Of a stretch of 26,754 nucleotides of DNA, positions 10,515 to 17,217 are shown piece by piece. The notes beneath the pieces are model-generated. The model saw nothing but the letters and a program-made list of their open reading frames with translations, did no database searches and was not told where the DNA came from. Source of the DNA: Candidatus Velthaea sp. (lineage in GTDB: Bacteria > Vulcanimicrobiota > Vulcanimicrobiia > Vulcanimicrobiales > Vulcanimicrobiaceae); NCBI GenBank assembly GCA_050012475.1, contig JBEKHC010000073.1, positions 1 through 26,754 of the forward strand, read 5' to 3'. Within the stretch, counting starts at the first letter, position 1. Every line of letters starts with the position of its first letter. Position numbers and translations under genes: made by a program.

Positions 10515-11537
10515 TTACGCGTACTCCATTTCATGCGCGGCCCGCAGCGCTTCGAGCGCGGCGCGCGCGGCGCCCCGTTCGACTGCAGCTCGCGCTCTGG
10601 CCAGGCCGTCGGCGATATCGACGGCCTCGCCCGCGATGACCAACGCCAGCGCGGCGTTCAAAGCGACCACGTCGGCCCGCGGCGAGCGTTCACCGTCGAG
10701 GATCGCCAGCAACGCCTGCGCGTTGGCAGCGGCGTCACCGCCGCGCAGATCCGCTCGCGAAGCGGAAATTCCATAGTCGCCCGGCACCAGCGTCCAACGG
10801 CGCATTCCGTCGCGATCGAACTGGGCGATGCGCGTGGGGCCGTCGCCGGCGATCTCGTCGAGCCCGCTGTGCGCGTGCACGACGGCGCCCGCATCGGCGC
10901 CCAGCCCGCGCAGCGCTGCCGCGAGCAGATCGACGTGACGGTCGGCGGCCACGCCGACCACTTGGCGGGTCGCGAATGCCGGGTTCGTCAGCGGTCCGAG
11001 CACGTTGAAAATCGTGCGCACGCCCAGTTCGCGGCGGATCGGGCCGACCGCGCGCATCGCCGGATGATGGTGCTGCGCGAAGAGGAACGTGATGTTCGCC
11101 GTGCGCAGCAGCCGCGCCGAGGCGGACGCCGAACGTTCGAGCCGCACGCCCAGCGCTTCGAGCACATCGGCACTGCCGCAGGCGCTCGAAGCGGCGCGGT
11201 TTCCGTGTTTGGCCACCGGGACGCCCGCGCCGGCGACCACCAACGCCGCCGCGGTCGAAATGTTGAGCGTCTGCGCGCCGTCGCCGCCGGTGCCGCACAC
11301 GTCGATGACCAACGGTAAATCGTGAACGACGCGCACGCTGCGTTCGCGCATCGCCTGCGCGGCGCCGACGACTTCGTCGACCGTCTCGCCCTTGGCCGCG
11401 AGCGCCGCAAGCAGCGCGGCCGAACGCACCGCAGAGAGCGTTTCGTCCATGATCGCCCCGATCGCCCGCGCCGCATCGGCGGCGCTCAAATCGCTGCCGT
11501 TCAGAACCGCGCGCAGCATCGCGGGATAATCGTTCAC
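10515..11537 (-). CDS. trpD: Anthranilate phosphoribosyltransferase
   Basis: DVCGTGGDG, NISTA, KHGNRAASSACGSADVLE, RTIFNVLGPLTNP and GLDE. Confidence 0.96.
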   Translation of the reverse strand: MNDYPAMLRAVLNGSDLSAADAARAIGAIMDETLSAVRSAALLAALAAKGETVDEVVGAAQAMRERSVRVVHDLPLVIDVCGTGGDGAQTLNISTAAALVVAGAGVPVAKHGNRAASSACGSADVLEALGVRLERSASASARLLRTANITFLFAQHHHPAMRAVGPIRRELGVRTIFNVLGPLTNPAFATRQVVGVAADRHVDLLAAALRGLGADAGAVVHAHSGLDEIAGDGPTRIAQFDRDGMRRWTLVPGDYGISASRADLRGGDAAANAQALLAILDGERSPRADVVALNAALALVIAGEAVDIADGLARARAAVERGAARAALEALRAAHEMEYA

Positions 11538-12115
11538 GGCAACAGATTGCGAAAGTTGGCCGCGATCGCGGGGCCTTCGCTGGTGAGGATCGACTCGGGA
11601 TGAAACTGGACGCCGTAGATCGGCAGCTCGCGGTGGTGCAGCCCTTGGATGACCCCGTCATCGCTGACCGCGTTGGCGTGCAGCGCCGCCGGAAAGCGTA
11701 CGTGCGCGACGCACAGCGAGTGGTAGCGGGTGGCCGAAAAGGCCGCCGGCAAACCGGCGAAGACGCCCTTGCCGTCGTGCGTGATCGTCGAGGTTTTGCC
11801 GTGCATGAGTTTGGGGGCGTGCACGACGTCGCCGCCAAACGCTTCGCCGATCGCCTGCAGCCCCAAACAGACGCCGAACAGCGGCCGCCGCGTTTGCGCC
11901 GCTTCGCGCACGATGCCGACCGTCCGGCCGGCGTCGGCCGGGCGCCCCGGACCGGGGCCGATCACCACGCCGTCGTAGACCGCCGGAATCTCGTGCGCGA
12001 TCCGCGCGTCGTCGTTCCGGATCACGTCGACCTCGGCGCCGACGCCGCCGAAGAGGTGCGCGAGGATGTGCGTGAACGAGTCGTAGTTGTCGACCAGCAA
12101 AAGCCGCGGTTTCAC
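11534..12115 (-). CDS. trpG: Anthranilate synthase component II (glutamine amidotransferase)
   Basis: DNYDSFT, GPGPG, GVCLG, RYHSL and GVQFHPES. Sits inside the trp operon. Confidence 0.93.
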   Translation of the reverse strand: MKPRLLLVDNYDSFTHILAHLFGGVGAEVDVIRNDDARIAHEIPAVYDGVVIGPGPGRPADAGRTVGIVREAAQTRRPLFGVCLGLQAIGEAFGGDVVHAPKLMHGKTSTITHDGKGVFAGLPAAFSATRYHSLCVAHVRFPAALHANAVSDDGVIQGLHHRELPIYGVQFHPESILTSEGPAIAANFRNLLP

Positions 12116-13494
12116 GCTTGGAGCCCCAAGACGGACCGGACGATCGCGGTTTTGGCAAACACTTCGGCGTACTCGGCATGCGGATCGCTGTCAGCAACGA
12201 TGCCCGCCGAGGCTTGCCAATAGGCGCGCTCGTTCGCCGTCGTCACGCTGCGCAGCACGATGCACGAATCCATGTCGCCGTCGAAATCGATGTGGGCGAC
12301 GCTGCCGGCGTACAGTCCGCGCGCCACCGGCTCGAGCTCGTCGATGAGCTGCATCGCGCGAATCTTCGGCGTGCCCGTCACCGTCCCGGCCGGAAACGCT
12401 GCGGCGAACAGGTCGAGCGCGTCGTTGCCCGGGCGCAGCGTGCCGACCACGTTCGACACGATGTGCATCACGTGCGAATAGCGCTCGATGCGCATGAGCT
12501 CGTCGACGTGAACGCTGCCCACTTCGCACACCGCGGCCAAATCGTTGCGCCCCAAATCAACCAGCATCACGTGCTCGGCGCGCTCTTTCTCGTTGGCAAG
12601 CAATTCGGTTGCGACGGCCGCATCGCGAACCGGGTCGTTTTCGCGCTGCCGCGTGCCGGCCAACGGCCGAATCCGGGCGGTTTTCCCATCCAAGCGGACG
12701 AGGAATTCCGGCGACGCGCCGAACAGCGCCTCGCCGCCGTGCTCGATGAAGAACATGTACGGCGAGGGATTGCGCGCGCGAATCTGGCGGTAGAAGTCGA
12801 ACGGCGTGCCGCCGGTAAACCGTGCGCTGAACCGGATGCCGACTTGGAGCTGATAACAGTCGCCTTCGTAGATGGCGTGTTTCGCCCGGGCAACGCGGTC
12901 GAGGTAGTCGGCTTGTTCCAACGATTGGGTAACCGGCCCGACGGCGCGAACGTCGGCCGGGATCGTCGCTTTCGCGGCCAACAGCCGGACGACGTATTCA
13001 TCGAGCCGCGCCGCGACGCGCTGCTCTTCGCCGGAGTCGCGGGCGAAACCGATCAGCGAAAGCCGATGGGTGAAATGGTCGAAAATCACCCACGTGCCGG
13101 GGATGACGACGAGGGCGTCGGAAAACGGGACGTCCACGGGCGGCCGTTCGCCGATCTTCTCGAGCCGGCGCGCCGCGTCGTAGGTGAAGACGCACACCGC
13201 GCCGCCGGGAAACGGCAGCGCCGAGGTGTCGATACGGTACGTCGCGATCAGCGCGCGAATAGCCGCGAGCATGTCGGGCCGGTCGTCGAACGCGCGCGAC
13301 TCCAAATAGTCCGTGCCGATGAACGAAAAGCGCGAGATCCGATCGCTGCCTTCGACGGACTCCAATAAACACGAACGCCCCGGCGTCGCCAGGGCGAGAT
13401 ACGCCGTAATCGGCGTGAGCGAATCCGCGATGAACGATCGCGTTACCGAAGTCAATCGTAGCGGTTCGTCCGCCGTACCAATCATGCGAGCCAT
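12112..13494 (-). CDS. trpE: Anthranilate synthase component I
   Basis: LLESVEG (Trp-feedback motif), NPSPYM, GASPE, KERAEHVMLVDLGRND, ERYSHVMHIVS and FPAGTVTGTPK. The start could instead be ATG 13485. Confidence 0.95.
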   Translation of the reverse strand: MARMIGTADEPLRLTSVTRSFIADSLTPITAYLALATPGRSCLLESVEGSDRISRFSFIGTDYLESRAFDDRPDMLAAIRALIATYRIDTSALPFPGGAVCVFTYDAARRLEKIGERPPVDVPFSDALVVIPGTWVIFDHFTHRLSLIGFARDSGEEQRVAARLDEYVVRLLAAKATIPADVRAVGPVTQSLEQADYLDRVARAKHAIYEGDCYQLQVGIRFSARFTGGTPFDFYRQIRARNPSPYMFFIEHGGEALFGASPEFLVRLDGKTARIRPLAGTRQRENDPVRDAAVATELLANEKERAEHVMLVDLGRNDLAAVCEVGSVHVDELMRIERYSHVMHIVSNVVGTLRPGNDALDLFAAAFPAGTVTGTPKIRAMQLIDELEPVARGLYAGSVAHIDFDGDMDSCIVLRSVTTANERAYWQASAGIVADSDPHAEYAEVFAKTAIVRSVLGLQA

Positions 13495-13687
13495 TCTCTT
13501 CTGCTAAGCCTCAAAACTCCCGCCTACGCCTCTCACCGCCGCCAAAAGGCACAGCGGCGCTCGAACGTCCGGACCCCGAACACTCGACCTTCCGGGCACG
13601 CTGTGGGCCGCAGGAAGGGAGCTGCAACTGGGCCGTGCTCGGGGAGCCGCGGGCTGCTCGCCCACGACCCTCGAGCCGGCTCGGAAG

Positions 13688-14041
13688 CTACTTCAGGAGC
13701 TCCAAAAACGACAACTCGGCCGCATCGCCGGGGCGGACGCGGGACTTGGTGATGCGGGTGTAGCCGCCGGTGCGGTCTTTGTACTGCGGCGCGATCTGCT
13801 CGACGAGCTTCTTGACGACGCGCGGATCGTACAGATACTCGGCGACGAGGCGGCGCGAGTGCAGGTCGCCGCGGCGGGCGACCGTGATCAGCCGCTCGGC
13901 GACCTTCGAGATTTCTTTGGCCTTGGTGGTCGTCGTCTCGATTTTTTCGTGCAGGAAGAACGACGTTGCGAGGTTGCGCAGCAGCGCCTTCCGGTGGCCG
14001 TCGGTTCGCGAGAGACGTTTCTTGGCGATCTGGTGCGGCAT
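13688..14041 (-). CDS. rplQ: 50S ribosomal protein L17
   Basis: HRKALLRNLATS, IETTTTKAKE, RTGGYTRI and RPGDAA. Follows rpoA. Confidence 0.97.
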   Translation of the reverse strand: MPHQIAKKRLSRTDGHRKALLRNLATSFFLHEKIETTTTKAKEISKVAERLITVARRGDLHSRRLVAEYLYDPRVVKKLVEQIAPQYKDRTGGYTRITKSRVRPGDAAELSFLELLK

Positions 14042-14116
14042 AGTAGTTATGTCACTGGCAGCTGGCCGGCCGAACGCGCGCAGCGCATCGGGCCGGCGGG
14101 CGCAAACGCGCGCCCG

Positions 14117-15043
14117 TTACGAAAGCCGCAGCGAGAGACCCCTTTCTTCGAGAACTTGCTTGATCTCATCGAGCGACTTCTTGCCGAAGTTGCGCATCTT
14201 GATGATTTCGTCTTCGCTCATGTCGAGCAGCTCGGAGACCTTCGAGATCCCGGCGCGCTTGAGGCAGTTGAACGACCGGACGGACAGGTTGAGCGTTTCC
14301 ACCGGCACGTCCCACTCCGAGGCCGGTGCCGTGGCGACCGGCTTCTCTTCGGTCGAGAAGTTGGTGAAGAGCGCCAGCTGATCGGACAGAATGTCGGCGG
14401 CGGCGGAAAGCGCGTCGTCGGGCGTGATCGAGCCGTTCGTTTCGATCTCGATCGTCAGGCGGTCGAAGTCGACGACCTGACCGACGCGCGTATCGTCAAC
14501 CGAGAAATTGACCTTGCGGATGGGCGAGAAGATCGAGTCCATCGGGATGAGCCCGATCATGTGCTCGATGTTGCGCTGCCGGTCGGCGGTGACGTAGCCG
14601 CGGTGCTTCTCGACGCCGATCTCCATCTGCAGTTTCGCCGCCTTGGTGGTCAGCGTGGCGATGTGGTAGTTCGGATTGAGAATCTCGACGTCCGAATCGG
14701 GCGCGATGTCGCCGGCCGTCACTTCCTTTGGGCCCTGTACGTTGAGCGAGAGCACCTTGGGATCGTCGGAGTTGAGCTTGATCGGCAGCCCTTTGAGGTT
14801 GAGCAGCAGGTCGGTGGTGTCTTCGGTGACGCCGGGGATGGTCGAGAACTCGTGCAGCACGCCGTCGATCTTCACGTAGGTGACGGCGGCACCGGGGATG
14901 CTCGAGAGCAGCACTCGCCGCAGCGAGTTGCCCAGGGTAATGCCGAAGCCTCGCTCGAGCGGCTCGATGACGAACTTCGCGTAGTTGTCGCGACGCTCGC
15001 GGACTTCGATTTGCGCGCCTTGCGGCGAATCCAGTACGGTCAT
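14117..15043 (-). CDS. rpoA: RNA polymerase alpha subunit
   Basis: IEPLERGFGITLGNSLRRVLLSSIPG, VLHEFSTIPGV and CTD LSVRSFNCLKRAGI...RNFGKKSLDEI. Confidence 0.99.
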   Translation of the reverse strand: MTVLDSPQGAQIEVRERRDNYAKFVIEPLERGFGITLGNSLRRVLLSSIPGAAVTYVKIDGVLHEFSTIPGVTEDTTDLLLNLKGLPIKLNSDDPKVLSLNVQGPKEVTAGDIAPDSDVEILNPNYHIATLTTKAAKLQMEIGVEKHRGYVTADRQRNIEHMIGLIPMDSIFSPIRKVNFSVDDTRVGQVVDFDRLTIEIETNGSITPDDALSAAADILSDQLALFTNFSTEEKPVATAPASEWDVPVETLNLSVRSFNCLKRAGISKVSELLDMSEDEIIKMRNFGKKSLDEIKQVLEERGLSLRLS

Positions 15044-15121
15044 TCGGTGATGTTTCGATCTTTCTCCGTTTACGTTATCCGCCTCGCAATGAGACGATCG
15101 TACGCCTAACGGAACAGGAGG

Positions 15122-15781
15122 TTAACGCGAGTAGTATTCGACGATGAGCTGTTCGTCGACCGGCGTGTCGATCTGCTCGCGGCTCGGGAGCGCGGTGACG
15201 CGCGCCGAATTGTCGTGCTCGTTGAATTCCAGCCATTCCGGTGCGCGGCGCGCTTTCGCCGTTTCCAGATTGGCTGCGAAGATGGTCGACTTGAGCGAAC
15301 GCTCGCCGATCGTGATCACGTCGCCGGCCTTGACGATATACGAGGGGATGTTCACCAGCTTGCCGTTGACGCGGAAGTGCCGGTGGGTGACGAGCTGACG
15401 CGACTGTGCGCGGCTCGACGCCAGGTTGAGCCGGTAGACGACGTTGTCCAACCGGCGCTCGAGCAGCTGCAGGAAAACCTTACCGGTCTGGCCTGGGACG
15501 CGCTGCGCCTGGCGGAAGTAATTCTCGAACTGCGTTTCGAGCACGCCGTAGTACTTGCGCATCTTCTGCTTTTCACGCAGCTGGCGCCCGTACTCCGAGA
15601 TCTTCTGGCGGCCCTTGGTGTTCTGTGTCTTCTGGCCGGGCGCGGTTCCCCGCCGTTCGACCGCGCACTTTTTGGATAAGCAGCGCTCGCCCTTGAGGAA
15701 CAGTTTGATTTTTTCACCGGTTTTGCTGGCCGCCGTCTCACGACGGCAGATGCGGCAAACGGCTGCGGTATAACGTGCCAT
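15122..15781 (-). CDS. rpsD: 30S ribosomal protein S4 (Zn-binding Cys-containing type)
   Basis: MARYT..VCRICRRE, KLFLKGERC, SEYGRQLREKQK, LLERRLDNVVYR and EQLIVEYYSR. Confidence 0.98.
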   Translation of the reverse strand: MARYTAAVCRICRRETAASKTGEKIKLFLKGERCLSKKCAVERRGTAPGQKTQNTKGRQKISEYGRQLREKQKMRKYYGVLETQFENYFRQAQRVPGQTGKVFLQLLERRLDNVVYRLNLASSRAQSRQLVTHRHFRVNGKLVNIPSYIVKAGDVITIGERSLKSTIFAANLETAKARRAPEWLEFNEHDNSARVTALPSREQIDTPVDEQLIVEYYSR

Positions 15782-15800
15782 GCTTGTTCCTTAACTCCCG

Positions 15801-16196
15801 TTACACCCGGCGCCGTTTCGGCGGCCGGCAGCCATTGTGCGGAATCGGTGTGACGTCTTTGATGAGGGTGATCTCCAAACCGGTGGCCTGCAGGGAGCGG
15901 ATCGCCGCTTCGCGTCCGGCGCCGGGGCCCTTGACGTAGACCTCGGCTTGCTTCATGCCGTGCTCCATCGCCTTGCGGGCGACGGCTTCAGCGGCCATCT
16001 GCGCCGCGAACGGGGTTGATTTTTTCGAGCCCTTGAAGCCGAGGTTGCCGGCCGAGGCCCACGCGATCACGCTGCCCTGATTGTCGGAGATGGTGACGAT
16101 CGTGTTGTTGAAGGAAGAGTGGATGTGGGCGACGCCCGATCCGACGTTCTTGAACTCGCGTTTTTTCCGCGTCTTGGTTTGCTTCTTGGCGGCCAA
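15801..16196 (-). CDS. rpsK: 30S ribosomal protein S11
   Basis: [28 protein letters not shown] and [21 protein letters not shown] start with a GGGAG RBS. Confidence 0.98.
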   Translation of the reverse strand: MAAKKQTKTRKKREFKNVGSGVAHIHSSFNNTIVTISDNQGSVIAWASAGNLGFKGSKKSTPFAAQMAAEAVARKAMEHGMKQAEVYVKGPGAGREAAIRSLQATGLEITLIKDVTPIPHNGCRPPKRRRV

Positions 16197-16362
16197 AAGG
16201 AAACTCCCGTCGTGTTTATCTTGCCCCGCGCGAAAAACGAGCCCAGGGTGTCGTCGCCTCGACCGGCACCGGCCTCACGGCCTACAGTCCGATCTTTTCC
16301 ATCATCCGCACGGCGAGGGCGGAAGCGCGCCGGCGCAAAGCGCTGCGCGAAGCTAACGCCAT

Positions 16363-16392
16363 AGTCTACTCGAACTGGCTCCTCGTGGTCAA
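16363..16392 (-). promoter_or_regulatory. Candidate sigma70 promoter for rpsK-rpsD-rpoA-rplQ
   Basis: Minus strand TTGACC (16392-16387), 18 nt spacer, TAGACT (16368-16363). Same spacing as the rrn promoter, about 165 nt upstream of rpsK. Confidence 0.65.
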
Positions 16393-16530
16393 CTATCACC
16401 CTTCAAAGCGGCCGCCCCCGGTGGCGGCTTGTCCGTGCAGCGGCAGGCGGCGTCCCGAAGCGACCAAGGGAGCACCCAAGAACTCCTTGCAGCGGCAATC
16501 GGCGAAACGAAGCGCGCCGCCAAGTTTCAT

Positions 16531-17038
16531 GACGCGCGAGTTTCATCCGAAAGCCAATTCCGACCAAGCTCGACCCGCGAGTTTCATCGAAGGTAAGCCC
16601 GACCAAGCGCGACGCGCGAGTGTCATCGAAGCCAAGCCCGGTCAAGCTCGGCGCGCGAGTTTCATCGAGCTAAGCCCGACCAAGCGCGACGCGCGAGTTT
16701 CATCGAAGCTAAGCCCGACCAAGCGCGACGCGCGAGTGTCATCGAAGCCAAGCCCGGCCAGCTCGGCGCGCGAGTTTCATCGAGCTAAGCCCGACCTAGC
16801 GCGACGCGCGAGATTCATCGAAGCTAAGCCCGACCGACCGCGACACGCGACATCGAAGCCAAGCGCCGGCCAAGCGGAGACGCGCGAGCTTCATCGAGCT
16901 AAGCCCGACCAAGCGCGACGCGCCAGTTTCATCGAAGCTAAGCCCGACCAAGCGCGACACGCGACATCGAAGCTAGGCCCCGGGCCAAGCGAGACGCGCG
17001 AGTTTCATCGAAGCTAAGCCCGGCCAAGCTCGGCGCGC
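16531..17038. repeat. Tandem array of 13 imperfect 37-41 bp units
   Basis: Consensus GACGCGCGAGTTTCATCGAAGCTAAGCCCGACCAAGCGC. Unit starts: 16531, 16572, 16611, 16650, 16688, 16727, 16765, 16803, 16842, 16879, 16917, 16956, 16993. No unique spacers. Confidence 0.95.
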
Positions 17039-17047
17039 TACCGTACA

Positions 17048-17061
17048 CGAACATACGTTCG
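17048..17061. promoter_or_regulatory. LexA SOS box (Gram-positive Cheo box)
   Basis: CGAACATACGTTCG matches CGAACRNRYGTTYG exactly and lies in a locally AT-rich intergenic stretch. Confidence 0.7.
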
Positions 17062-17217
17062 ATACATAAACTTCCGATTCCCGCTCAACGGCTGCCTCCG
17101 GTTAAGCTTTCGGCTTCGCGGGTGGCCCGAGCGGCGAGAGGCGGGCGTTTTTCGCGCTGGATCGCCGATACACCGATTGGTGAAGCCCTCCAGACGATGC
17201 GCGAAGGGAATGGGAAT

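Noticed and set aside
13495..13687. Classical trpL attenuator or T-box
   Set aside because: No short ORF with tandem Trp codons, no T-box GGTGGNACC core and no terminator with a long U-tract.
16539..16554. parS-like site in the repeat unit (AGTTTCATC..GAAG)
   Set aside because: Only the GTTTCA half resembles TGTTTCACGTGAAACA. The spacing and the right half do not match.
16531..17038. CRISPR array
   Set aside because: Units are contiguous and similar along their whole length, with no unique spacers and no cas genes in the window.
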